Notes: a model not told the origin generated them from the letters alone. Counted from the stretch's first letter, positions 10,481-19,542 are shown. The stretch is 64,000 bases of DNA from an uncultured Candidatus Saccharibacteria bacterium (GCA_964481235.1 CAYZYH010000001.1:25372-89371); one strand, 5' to 3'. Made by a program: numbers and translations.

Positions 10481-11287
10481 TTATTCTCCCTCTTCAACTG
10501 ACTGCTCAGTAGCGGTCTTAGCTTTGTACTCTTGAGCACCTTTAGAGGCTGCATCGGCAACTTTTGCGGTAACTAGCTCAATCGCCTTAATAGCATCATC
10601 ATTGCAGGCTATCGGAAACTCAACAAGTTCGGGGTTGGCATTGGTATCGGCAATAGCAATTACCGGAATATTTAACTTACGAGCTTCAAGAATAGCGTTG
10701 TCTTCGCGTGGCATATCTACTACGTATAGTGCAGCAGGAAGTCCGTGCATATCACGTACACCATCAAACATTTGTTTGAGTTTGCGCAATTGATCTTCTA
10801 AAACTACTTTTTCTTTTTTAATTACACCCTCAAAATCGTTTTCGGTCTTTTGAGATTCTAATTTTTTAAGCCTCTGAATACGCAATGTAATGGTATCGAG
10901 ATTGGTGAGCATACCACCAAGCCAACGGTGGGTTACAAAAGGCATTCCAGCCTCGCGAGCATGTTTTTCTACTATAGACTTAGCTTGTCTTTTGGTGCCG
11001 ACAAAAAGTATCTGGCCACCTTGTTTAGCAATCTCGTAAGCAGTTTTTTCGGCCACCTCTAGTTGCCTAGCGGTAATAGTTAGATCAATAATATGTACTC
11101 CAGATCTAACACCAAAAATATATGGCTTCATCTTAGGGTTCCAGCGGTCGGTACGTTGACCAAAATGTGCACCAGATTCTAATAGTTGCTTGAGTATGGG
11201 GTCTATTTTTGTTGCTACAGTTTTCTTTGCTGCGGTAGCTTTTTTTGCAGTAGCCTTTGTAGTGCTACCTGTTGTCTTACTTGGCAT
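10481..11287 (-). CDS. rpsB: 30S ribosomal protein S2 with Lys/Ala-rich N-terminal extension
   Basis: Core S2 (HFGQRTDRWNPKMKPYIFG, VDMPREDNAILEARKLNIPVIA). Preceded by RBS GAAGGAG. Confidence 0.9.
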   Translation of the reverse strand: MPSKTTGSTTKATAKKATAAKKTVATKIDPILKQLLESGAHFGQRTDRWNPKMKPYIFGVRSGVHIIDLTITARQLEVAEKTAYEIAKQGGQILFVGTKRQAKSIVEKHAREAGMPFVTHRWLGGMLTNLDTITLRIQRLKKLESQKTENDFEGVIKKEKVVLEDQLRKLKQMFDGVRDMHGLPAALYVVDMPREDNAILEARKLNIPVIAIADTNANPELVEFPIACNDDAIKAIELVTAKVADAASKGAQEYKAKTATEQSVEEGE

Positions 11288-11369
11288 ATCGCTCCTTCTT
11301 TCGTTGTATTAGTGCCCCAAGCGGGAGGAGTTATTACTAATACTGTTGCGTTAATTTTTTGACTCATCA

Positions 11370-11397
11370 ATGATAACAAATTTTCTGCAATCAGTCA
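11370..11397 (-). promoter_or_regulatory. sigma70-like promoter for the rpsB-tsf-frr-uppS cluster (TTGACT-17-TATCAT)
   Basis: Minus-strand reading: TTGACTgattgcagaaaatttgtTATCAT, about 75 nt upstream of the rpsB ATG. Confidence 0.5.
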
Positions 11398-11441
11398 ATT
11401 ATCTAGGCCTGAAATGACTAAAATTAGGGTATACTATCGTT

Positions 11442-12374
11442 ATGCAAAAAAAACTTAAGCTTAATAATAAATGGTTTTGGGTAGGAGTGTTGGCAGCAGT
11501 AATAAGTGCACCCAATGCCACAATTGTAAAATACGTAACCAATAGTATAGACCCATTTGTATTTAGCGCCTTGCGTTTTGCACTTATTGCGGTTGTTACA
11601 ACTCCATATATTTTTATTGCCCGTCACAAGTTCAATACAAAGAACTTAAAATACGCCATTTTAGTAGGTCTATTTATGACTATAGCAATATTTACATACG
11701 TGTGGGCTATTCGGCTTAGCCAAGCTAGTTATGTTACCATCATCACTCTACTTACACCTATAATTTTTGTGCTGTTATCTATTAGGCTTACCGGCGATAA
11801 AATAAACAAGCGTAGCATTGCAGGCATCACTTTGGCCGCACTTGGAGCATTTATTATTATTGCCCTACCAATTGCTATACAGCAAAAAGCCCCAGCTCAA
11901 TTTTACCCATTAGCCAGCTTGCTAGCGCTACTTAATACTGTTAGCTTTCCACTTGCCATTATCTATTCAAAAAAATCCAATGAATCGGGGCTACCACTTA
12001 CATCTATATTTTCTATTTCGTCGTGGATAGTGCTAACTTTTTCTGTTATGTTTATTGTTCTTTTTGTGCCTATTAAATCTGTAACACTTAGCTGGGACAT
12101 AATATTTGGCATTGCATACTCAGGTATTGTCGTGGCCTTAGTAGCAAGAATAATCGGGGTAATGAGTTATGAACATATTGGCTCAGCTGTAACTAGCGCC
12201 ATTGCTTATGCCGAGACACTTCTGGCAGTTACGCTACCAATAGTTATATTGGGTGAAAAAATATCTATATATATGGTATTGGGTGGAATCTGTATACTTC
12301 TTGGTGTTTACTTAGCCGAACATCATCACAGCAACAAGCATAAACGACACTATTTATTCTATAAAAGTCACTAA
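11442..12374 (+). CDS. DMT superfamily (EamA-like) transporter
   Basis: About 10 TM helices, duplicated EamA-like halves. TATACT -10 element 6 nt before the ATG (possibly leaderless). Confidence 0.7.
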   Translation: MQKKLKLNNKWFWVGVLAAVISAPNATIVKYVTNSIDPFVFSALRFALIAVVTTPYIFIARHKFNTKNLKYAILVGLFMTIAIFTYVWAIRLSQASYVTIITLLTPIIFVLLSIRLTGDKINKRSIAGITLAALGAFIIIALPIAIQQKAPAQFYPLASLLALLNTVSFPLAIIYSKKSNESGLPLTSIFSISSWIVLTFSVMFIVLFVPIKSVTLSWDIIFGIAYSGIVVALVARIIGVMSYEHIGSAVTSAIAYAETLLAVTLPIVILGEKISIYMVLGGICILLGVYLAEHHHSNKHKRHYLFYKSH

Positions 12375-12379
12375 ATCAA

Positions 12380-12967
12380 CTAAGCTTTTCGACCCGTCAT
12401 ACCGAGTAGTTTGGTTTGGGCGTCGGCATCTTTAGTAACTTTTACTTCTGGGCCAAATACACCCATTTTGCGCCAATCTTCAGCTTGTGGTGAAATAACT
12501 TTATATAGTTCTTCTACCAGCTCGGCTGGCAACTCGGTACTGGCACCAATAAATTTGGCAATATCGTAAGCTCGCAGCGCTCTAAAATATGAGATGTGCA
12601 GTAAGTAATCTTTGGCAGGCCAATCGCCATAGCTCAAGTGCACTATTTTGTCGGGCTCGCTAAATACCCCTACTATCATTTGAGTCTCACCAGCGATAGC
12701 CTTAAAGCGCTTTATTGGGTCTTTACCCAGCAAGTTGCCATCGTATTTGCTGCCTACCTGCTCAATAGTTTTGCCTGATAGAACATCGGGCACCCATATT
12801 TCGTCATAGAGATGATAATTAATAACTTCGCGCAATGTACTAGCCTTGTCGGTAATATAGCTAGGTACTTTTTGGTCCCACTGATCGTCTTTAATCTGTT
12901 CTACTACGCTCACAAATGTCTTATCGGCCAAAATAAATAGTTCTTGTGGTGTCATAACAGTCTCCAA
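12380..12967 (-). CDS. hypothetical protein, possibly DinB_2 / maleylpyruvate-isomerase N-terminal-like (actinobacterial-type)
   Basis: 195 aa. Pattern DDQWDQKVP...TLREVINYHLYDEIWVPDVLSG resembles the TIGR03083/03086 N-terminal helical bundle. Weak. Confidence 0.35.
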   Translation of the reverse strand: METVMTPQELFILADKTFVSVVEQIKDDQWDQKVPSYITDKASTLREVINYHLYDEIWVPDVLSGKTIEQVGSKYDGNLLGKDPIKRFKAIAGETQMIVGVFSEPDKIVHLSYGDWPAKDYLLHISYFRALRAYDIAKFIGASTELPAELVEELYKVISPQAEDWRKMGVFGPEVKVTKDADAQTKLLGMTGRKA

Positions 12968-13037
12968 TTAATACTTAATATTATAGCACTGTTATTGATC
13001 CCTAGACTTTAATTTTTATAACTTAGTCTAAATATTA

Positions 13038-14825
13038 TTAACCAGCAATATCAAACTTCTTCAGTTTAGCCTTACCAGCCTTAGTCTTGCTGATAGTCTG
13101 AAGCTCAAGCAGCTCGGCATATATGCCATCTTTACGGTTGGCCAACTCGGCTGGGCTACCTACCTCGGCTACTTTACCTCCTTTAATACCCACAATGGTG
13201 TCAACATTAGAGATAGTACTAAGACGGTGAGCAATAATTAGAGTAGTGCGGTTTTTCATTAATCTCTCTAGGGCTTGCTGCACCTCATGCTCAGCCTTAC
13301 TATCTAAGCTACTAGTAGCTTCGTCTAGTATTAAAATAGGTGGGTTTTTCATGATAGCGCGAGCTATAGCAATGCGTTGTTTTTGCCCGCCACTTAGTTT
13401 TACACCCCTCTCACCTATCTCACTATCAAAGCCTCTAGGCAGTTTTTTGATAAATTCATAAGCATTGGCAGCCTTAGCGGCGGCAATAAGGTCTTTTGTG
13501 GCCGGTTTATTTTGGCCATAACCAATGTTAGATTTAATAGTACCCGAGAAAAGCTGTGGCTCTTGAAACACCACCCCAATACTTCGACGCAAACTCTCTT
13601 GGCTAACGTTGTTTACGTCGTTGCCATCAATTAAAATTCTACCTTTGCTAACCTCATAAAACCGCAGCATAAGATTGGCTAACGTGCTCTTACCCTCACC
13701 ACTTTCGCCCACAAGGGCCAATTTTTTGCCAGGTTCAATTACAAAGCTAATATCTTGTAGTACCTTCTTCTCTTTATCATAAGCAAAATCTACGCTCTGG
13801 TACTCAACCATACCTTTTTTTACCTGAAGCTTTTTGGCCCCTTTAATATCAGTGATGTCGGCTTGCAGGTCCATAATCTCAAAGTAATCTTTACTACCTG
13901 CTGTTGCGCGCTGCAGGGCATCAATAATAAAACTGCTGCCAAATAATGGAAATTGAGCTTGAGTAGACAGAGTTAGCAGTAGCGTCATAGTACCTAAGTT
14001 ATATACGCCTATATAGGCTTGGTAGATAATTACTCCTGTTATAGCTGTAAAAATTATGTTTAGCGCCAACCGGCGATACACATCGTAGCGATGCCACTCT
14101 ATAGATTGGTCTTTAGATTGATGTTCAATCGCTCGTCGCTTGTTGCCATAAAACAACAACTCACTGGCCTCCATTACAAAAGATTTTACTACTCGCACCT
14201 GGGCAATCGACTCCACAAATCGACCATTACCGACATCGAGATTTTTATTTATTCCCTCTTGGTGTCGTTGCCACCCCTTGCTACTCAGGTGAGTTATCCA
14301 GATATAAATTGGGAATATTATGGCTAGCAAAAGCGCCACGGGCCAGCTATAAAAAGCGATTATTACCAGGGTAATAATCGTAGTTAAGAAAAACTGCACA
14401 AAATTATTGGCCAGAGTCTGCATAAGAGTAGCAATCGTAACTATCGATCTATCGAGACGGGCAGTGATTTTACCAGTAATCTCGTTGTCATAATAACCAA
14501 TAGGTAGCTCCATAAGGTGAGAAAAATACCGCTCTGAGAGCAGGCTGTTGAGCTTTACGCTCATCATATCGCCCCAGTAGCCGTTGAGATTAGATAGTAG
14601 AGTAGCTACCACGCTTGCTGCTCCGCCGACTATAACTAACCCTATAAAGAAGCTAAAAGGCACATTATTGCCAGCATATTTACTAACAATGCCATCTACC
14701 AAGCCCTTGGTAATAAAAGGAACTACTAGGTTGAGTAGAGCAATTATAACTACAGCAATAGAAATAGCCACATAATATGGCCACAGCTGTTTAGAATATT
14801 TAATTATCTTCCAAATTGCTCTCAT
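13038..14825 (-). CDS. ABC transporter permease/ATP-binding protein (type I exporter, MsbA-like)
   Basis: Six TM helices followed by an NBD with Walker A (GESGEGKST), signature LSGGQKQRIAIARA and Walker B ILILDEATS. Confidence 0.9.
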   Translation of the reverse strand: MRAIWKIIKYSKQLWPYYVAISIAVVIIALLNLVVPFITKGLVDGIVSKYAGNNVPFSFFIGLVIVGGAASVVATLLSNLNGYWGDMMSVKLNSLLSERYFSHLMELPIGYYDNEITGKITARLDRSIVTIATLMQTLANNFVQFFLTTIITLVIIAFYSWPVALLLAIIFPIYIWITHLSSKGWQRHQEGINKNLDVGNGRFVESIAQVRVVKSFVMEASELLFYGNKRRAIEHQSKDQSIEWHRYDVYRRLALNIIFTAITGVIIYQAYIGVYNLGTMTLLLTLSTQAQFPLFGSSFIIDALQRATAGSKDYFEIMDLQADITDIKGAKKLQVKKGMVEYQSVDFAYDKEKKVLQDISFVIEPGKKLALVGESGEGKSTLANLMLRFYEVSKGRILIDGNDVNNVSQESLRRSIGVVFQEPQLFSGTIKSNIGYGQNKPATKDLIAAAKAANAYEFIKKLPRGFDSEIGERGVKLSGGQKQRIAIARAIMKNPPILILDEATSSLDSKAEHEVQQALERLMKNRTTLIIAHRLSTISNVDTIVGIKGGKVAEVGSPAELANRKDGIYAELLELQTISKTKAGKAKLKKFDIAG

Positions 14826-14893
14826 AAAGTTCTTTCAATTGTACGCTACTTGAATAAATTTAAAAACCCTCCTAAATATAGAAGGGTTTGAGT

Positions 14894-15085
14894 TTACCTA
14901 TCGGTAGCTTGGCTATTTGGGGTAGTACCAAAAATCAAATACGAAATTACACAAGACACAAATACTGCACCAATAGCAGACATTTTACTTGGGGCCGCTA
15001 AAATACTCTGGGACGCTACTAAGTAAACAACCAAAGTTATTAATCTGCTCTTGGCCAGATTTTTTGCAAGTCTTTCTGGGCTCAA
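14894..15085 (-). CDS. small hypothetical membrane protein (63 aa)
   Basis: Two hydrophobic helices. Sits between a strongly supported gene and a terminator-like hairpin at 14857-14882. Confidence 0.3.
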   Translation of the reverse strand: MSPERLAKNLAKSRLITLVVYLVASQSILAAPSKMSAIGAVFVSCVISYLIFGTTPNSQATDR

Positions 15086-15094
15086 TTGGTTTTG

Positions 15095-15433
15095 TTACAT
15101 TTTGTTATAGAAGAAAAAAAGCACTCCCAAAAGAATTATAATCACCACGCCCAGCGCCACCAGTATCTTGGTTTGGCTGATAGGTTCTCTTGGTGGGTTT
15201 TCAGATAGTAGGGTATCTACCTTGTCAGATTCAAGTTCTTCTGGAGTAATATTGAGATGATCGTCTATAATAACTTCTTTACTAGCATATTTTAAGCTTT
15301 CTGAGCCTTTTTGGGGGCTATTTGATGTATTTTTCACCTTTGCACGGCTATTTTCAGGCTTTGTAGTTACAGAGCTATTTTGAGCTCGTTTTTGAGCTTG
15401 ACGACGTTTTTTAGATTTAGACTTTTTGGCCAT
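15095..15433 (-). CDS. hypothetical tail-anchored membrane protein with Lys-rich N-terminus
   Basis: Strong RBS AAGGAGGG 5 nt upstream of the ATG. K/R-rich N-terminus and a C-terminal TM. Confidence 0.55.
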   Translation of the reverse strand: MAKKSKSKKRRQAQKRAQNSSVTTKPENSRAKVKNTSNSPQKGSESLKYASKEVIIDDHLNITPEELESDKVDTLLSENPPREPISQTKILVALGVVIIILLGVLFFFYNKM

Positions 15434-15558
15434 TATTTGCCCTCCTTTATCTAATACAATCTGTATTTATTATTATAGCAGGTAAATAAAATCCCTCTGA
15501 GTATATTAGATGCTCGTTATAGTTATCTATATTTAGGTATTGAAGCATAATTGCAGTA

Positions 15559-15583
15559 GATAAAACCCCCTAAAACTAGGGGG
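15559..15583 (-). terminator. rho-independent terminator after the 15596..15946 gene
   Basis: cccccta-aaac-taggggg hairpin, followed on the minus strand by TTTTATC. Confidence 0.55.
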
Positions 15584-15595
15584 TGAAATAGATAA

Positions 15596-15946
15596 TTAAT
15601 CTGGTTCTCTAAACAAAATTTCGCGCATTTCTGCCTTGAGTTTGCTTGCATAGTGGAAGGATATTATAGATAGTAATAGACTGGCCATCGGTAGGCTACC
15701 CATAACAAACCCAAGCAAGTAAGCATCTTTTGACTCGATTGGTAAACTGCCGTTATCAGCTACAGAGAAGACTATTGTAGCCATAGCAACAATTATTACT
15801 ATCTGTGCCATTAATACTGCCAAGCATACTCTTTTGAGATTTATGAGGTGTAGTTTTTCTGAGTCGTTAGCATCTAGGGCCAAGATCTCAGCAGTGCTTG
15901 GTAGTCTACCCCTATTGGCTTGATATGCATTGGTAGTACTGTTCAT
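15596..15946 (-). CDS. hypothetical small membrane protein
   Basis: 116 aa, two or three TM helices. ATGA-overlapped with the upstream ORF. Confidence 0.45.
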   Translation of the reverse strand: MNSTTNAYQANRGRLPSTAEILALDANDSEKLHLINLKRVCLAVLMAQIVIIVAMATIVFSVADNGSLPIESKDAYLLGFVMGSLPMASLLLSIISFHYASKLKAEMREILFREPD

Positions 15947-16299
15947 TGCTCTGCCTCTCTTGGGCCGGTTTCTTCTGGTGTTGTGTTGGCGTTGTTGTTA
16001 GCTGAAATGGCGAATAAGCTCGTCATTTGATTGGTGTAGGAAAATACTCCTACAATTAAGGCCAAATAAAACAATACTCGCCAACCAGATGAAGGATCAA
16101 TTGGTTTACCCTCAACAACGTATAAAAAGGTATTGAGAGTAATAAGAAATACACTAAATGAATTAACTACAAAACATATTTTGAAGAAAACCGACCAATT
16201 CCTGTCGCTCAACAGTTGAGATTGCTCATGAATATCATCAGTACTCTGTAAGATCTCTTTTGTCGTTGGTATTCTATTGAGAAGTAATGGCAATTGCAT
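15943..16299 (-). CDS. hypothetical small membrane protein
   Basis: 118 aa. RBS AAGGA 6 nt upstream. Extended -10 promoter upstream. Confidence 0.45.
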   Translation of the reverse strand: MQLPLLLNRIPTTKEILQSTDDIHEQSQLLSDRNWSVFFKICFVVNSFSVFLITLNTFLYVVEGKPIDPSSGWRVLFYLALIVGVFSYTNQMTSLFAISANNNANTTPEETGPREAEQ

Positions 16300-16338
16300 G
16301 CTCTATCCTTGAGGTGGTAGGTGCGATTACATGAGTTA

Positions 16339-16347
16339 ATTATACCA
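16339..16347 (-). promoter_or_regulatory. extended -10 promoter (TGgTATAAT) for the two small membrane-protein genes
   Basis: Minus-strand reading: aaccaatatgGTATAATtaactc, about 40 nt upstream of the 16299 start. Confidence 0.45.
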
Positions 16348-16456
16348 TATTGGTTAGTAATTTAGATTGACGCTATTTTGGCCTTATTTCAACCTGTCAA
16401 GCATAAATACTACTTAATTTTTAACCTGTTAGCCTGAATTATTCACAAAATAACTA

Positions 16457-16485
16457 TTGACAAAAGTGCTTATGTTTGGTATACT
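16457..16485 (+). promoter_or_regulatory. consensus sigma70 promoter TTGACA-17-TATACT
   Basis: ttgacaaaagtgcttatgtttggtatact. Perfect -35, 17-nt spacer, near-perfect -10. Confidence 0.7.
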
Positions 16486-16491
16486 AGCGGT

Positions 16492-16616
16492 CGTTCTGTA
16501 GATGGGTCGAATTTGAACCCCCCACAGAACAGTTGAAATAACATTAATCGAAAGGAGTACGACGCGTCAGCTGAACCGCCACTCTCAATTTATTGAGATC
16601 GACGTATTCAACAACT
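16492..16616 (+). promoter_or_regulatory. structured 5' leader (about 100-125 nt) of the Rpf-like gene; possible cis-regulatory RNA
   Basis: 7-bp stem gttctgt...acagaac enclosing a nested gggt/accc hairpin. Repeated TGAACC(C/G)CCAC at 16521 and 16573. ctcaa-ttta-ttgag hairpin. AAAGGAG lies more than 35 nt from either candidate start. Confidence 0.35.
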
Positions 16617-17198
16617 ATGCGCCTAATACCCCAAGCAGCCATTGCTATTGCAATGATTGCACAACAGGTGATTGCCACGGTACAAGTACCACTCACCGAA
16701 ACAGCTAAGGCTGCCGAAGCCACAACTGTTGTACCAAGTAACTACACATTGACAATTAACACAAAAGCTCCTGGTGCTCTTGAGCTTAAAGCCAAAAAGG
16801 GATCATTCGACACCGATGTTGTTGCTCCTCTTAAGGCCGCTCAAGCTGCCAAAGCTGCTGAAGCCCAAAAGGCTGCAGAGGCTCAAGCTGCTGCTAACCA
16901 AGCTGCTGCTGTTGCGCGCGTAAGTGCTGCTCCAGCTAAGGCTAAACTGGTTATTGGTGGTGACGACGCTTTTGCTCAGTTACGATACTGTGAAGCTGGT
17001 GGTGACTATAACAAAAACACCGGTAACGGTTACTATGGTGCCTACCAGTACGATATACGTACCTGGGGCAACTATAGTGGTTATGCCCGCCCTGACCTTG
17101 CTCCTCCAGAGGTGCAAGATGCCAAGGCACGTGCCACCCAAGCCGCACGTGGTTGGTCTCCATGGCCTGCCTGTGCACGTAAGCTTGGATTGTTATAA
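16617..17198 (+). CDS. resuscitation-promoting-factor-like protein (transglycosylase-like domain, PF06737-type) with Ala/Lys-rich repeat linker
   Basis: C-terminal CEAGGDYNKNTGNGYYGAYQYDIRTW...GWSPWPAC matches the Rpf consensus CESGGNW.INTGNGYYGGLQF...TW...AWP.C. The track starts at TTG 16593; ATG 16617 is equally possible. Confidence 0.7.
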   Translation: MRLIPQAAIAIAMIAQQVIATVQVPLTETAKAAEATTVVPSNYTLTINTKAPGALELKAKKGSFDTDVVAPLKAAQAAKAAEAQKAAEAQAAANQAAAVARVSAAPAKAKLVIGGDDAFAQLRYCEAGGDYNKNTGNGYYGAYQYDIRTWGNYSGYARPDLAPPEVQDAKARATQAARGWSPWPACARKLGLL

Positions 17199-17231
17199 GC
17201 AGCTGTTCTAAACAGAAAGCTAAAACAAAAG

Positions 17232-17261
17232 CAAAAAGCTCCCTATAAACGGGGGCTTTTT
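17232..17261. terminator. bidirectional intrinsic terminator
   Basis: gctccc-tataaac-gggggc followed by TTTTT on plus, and preceded by AAAAA (giving a T-run on minus). Confidence 0.55.
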
Positions 17262-17289
17262 GTATATAAAAAGCCCCAGGTTGTTAAAC

Positions 17290-17751
17290 CTAGAGCCGAT
17301 AGTCGAAGTCTAGCCACCAATCGGTAAGATCAAACTCGACCGCATTGATAGTAGAAAATGCAATACGCACTACTTCGAGCGCCTTAGTTTTGTAATTAGG
17401 TAGCTTACTAATACTAGTAGCAATAGCCAAATAAGCTGCCTCTCCAGGTACATTACCTACAAACTCTACTCGCCACAACCAGCCAATAGTGGAATAGTTG
17501 GTGTGGCTAGGTTTTGATGGGTTGGGGTGGCGAACTGTACACTTTTGCCCCATGTAGGGCTTAAAAGCTGCCGTAATTTCGGCTTGAAAGTCTCGAACAC
17601 CAATTGGGTTGCTAAGACCTTGCTTGGAGCGCTCAATAGCCCACTTGTCGCGCATTTCGTGGCCCAAGTCGTCTTTTTCTAACACTACAGCCAAACAACG
17701 CTCTCGGGCTTTGATAATTATCTCGGTGCAATCAGGCACAACATACTCCAA
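17290..17751 (-). CDS. hypothetical protein (153 aa)
   Basis: Long ORF, no recognisable motif. Confidence 0.4.
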   Translation of the reverse strand: MEYVVPDCTEIIIKARERCLAVVLEKDDLGHEMRDKWAIERSKQGLSNPIGVRDFQAEITAAFKPYMGQKCTVRHPNPSKPSHTNYSTIGWLWRVEFVGNVPGEAAYLAIATSISKLPNYKTKALEVVRIAFSTINAVEFDLTDWWLDFDYRL

Positions 17752-17891
17752 ATTGAGATGTACAAAACAGCTCTAATGTAGCACCTCAGCTACGATTATT
17801 CAAGACACCATTACGCACATGCTTGATGTTTGAGCCTAAAGTTGTAACAATATACAGGATTTATCCGTACCTTCAAACGAGAGGCAAAAAG

Positions 17892-18758
17892 GTGTCTACT
17901 ACCTTAGACAAGCTAAGATCTAGATGGGCTGAGGGCAAGTTTGTATGTGTAGGTTTAGATAGTAAGCTATCTAAACTGCCGGGTCATATCGTAAATAGGA
18001 ATCCGTGGCCAGTAGGTGCAGATGAGCAGGTTGAGTTCAATCAACAGATTATCGATGCTACTGGTAATACAGTAGCGGCTTTTAAGCCTAACTTCGCTTT
18101 TTACCTGTACAGCCCTGATGGCCTAGAAGCTCTTAGGGAAACCATTGCTTATATACATGCTAAGTTTCCTGATGTAGTAGTTATTCTCGATGCCAAGTTT
18201 GGTGATATTGGTAATACCAACGATCCATACGCTCAGTTTGCTTTTGAATTTAGTGGGGCTGATGCTCTTACAATTCACAGCTATATGGGGCAAGTTGCTA
18301 ATCAACCGTTTTTGGACAACCCCGATAAGCTTATTTTTGTGCTTTGCCGCACTAGCAATGATGGTGCGAATGAGTTTCAAGATATGGAACTTTCTAATAT
18401 GGACTTTACGGTACACACCAGAGTCTATGAGGAAGTTGCTTATAGGGTTAATAAACACTGGAATACCAATGGTAACTGTGGCCTAGTAACTGGCGCCACC
18501 ACGCCCGACGAAATTAAATACGTTCGTGAAATTGCTCCAGACGTACCACTGCTTATACCTGGCATTGGCGCCCAAGGTGGCGAGCTAAAAGCTTCGGTGC
18601 TTAATGCCGCTACCGATGATGGGGGATTTGTAATTAACTCCAGTAGAGGCATTATTTTTGCCAGTAGTGGCAAAGATTTTCCCGAAGCTGCTCAAGCCGA
18701 GGCTTATAAGCTCACCCAACAAATTCGGTTCCATCTCAACGAACGGAGACCACAATAA
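17892..18758 (+). CDS. pyrF: orotidine 5'-phosphate decarboxylase, type 2
   Basis: FVCVGLD, ILDAKFGDIGNT, LIPGIGAQGG. GTG start with GAGAGG RBS chosen; the track ORF starts at 17823. Confidence 0.8.
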   Translation: MSTTLDKLRSRWAEGKFVCVGLDSKLSKLPGHIVNRNPWPVGADEQVEFNQQIIDATGNTVAAFKPNFAFYLYSPDGLEALRETIAYIHAKFPDVVVILDAKFGDIGNTNDPYAQFAFEFSGADALTIHSYMGQVANQPFLDNPDKLIFVLCRTSNDGANEFQDMELSNMDFTVHTRVYEEVAYRVNKHWNTNGNCGLVTGATTPDEIKYVREIAPDVPLLIPGIGAQGGELKASVLNAATDDGGFVINSSRGIIFASSGKDFPEAAQAEAYKLTQQIRFHLNERRPQ

Positions 18759-19498
18759 TGGCTAAATCAGCTCCTGTGTCTCAAGATCTGCTCGATATGT
18801 TGTCTGGTTTTGGTTGTTTGGTCTTTGAGAACCAACACTTTGTCTATAAGTCTGGCAAGCATGGCCATGCTTATATAAATGTCGACCCTGTTCTGTACCA
18901 GCCAAATGCAATTGCTACTATTGCTACCAAAATAGCTCGAGCTAGCAGTAGGGCTGGTCTACCTATTCCAGAAGTCGTTGCCGATCCTGCAGTTGGAGCA
19001 ATTAGTTTTGGCTTGATGGTTGCCGACAGGTACAATGAACAGATAGCCTACAAGAGTGCCGATATAGGTACTCGCCCCGGCTCATACCCTAGTCAAGTTA
19101 TGCATGTTTTTGCCGACAAGCTATCAGATGGTAGTTTTGCTTTGGAGCGCACTGGGTTTGCAAGAGCCTGCGAGGGAAAACGAGTGTTGGTGGTTGAAGA
19201 TGTACTCAACTCCGGCACTAGTACTCGCGCAGTAATTGACTGCGTTCGCCAAGCTGGCGGAAATGTAATTGGGGTAAGTTGCTTTGTTAGTCGTGGTGGT
19301 CTTAATGCTACAGATCTAGGCGTACCAATGTTTACAGCTGTTGTTGATATCGACATGCAGCAATTTGAAGCCAATGAGTGCCCACTTTGTGAGGCTAAAG
19401 TTCCAATGGTGATTGATGCTGGTCTTGGTAAGGGCCGCGACTGGGCTGAGGGTAATCCAGACTTCCCAGGCGGTTTTATCGAGCTACTCGTTGACTAA
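18758..19498 (+). CDS. pyrE: orotate phosphoribosyltransferase
   Basis: PRTase motif VLVVEDVLNSGTS. Overlaps the pyrF stop (TAATGG). C-terminal extension with CPLC. Confidence 0.8.
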   Translation: MAKSAPVSQDLLDMLSGFGCLVFENQHFVYKSGKHGHAYINVDPVLYQPNAIATIATKIARASSRAGLPIPEVVADPAVGAISFGLMVADRYNEQIAYKSADIGTRPGSYPSQVMHVFADKLSDGSFALERTGFARACEGKRVLVVEDVLNSGTSTRAVIDCVRQAGGNVIGVSCFVSRGGLNATDLGVPMFTAVVDIDMQQFEANECPLCEAKVPMVIDAGLGKGRDWAEGNPDFPGGFIELLVD

Positions 19499-19542
19499 AA
19501 ACCTATACCCAATTCTTGATTGAATTGGGTATTTTATTTAGC

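Noticed and set aside
18123-18673. Antisense and alternate-frame ORFs within pyrF (18123..18458, 18190..18486, 18440..18673)
   Set aside because: Overlap a gene with strong catalytic motifs. No translation signals.
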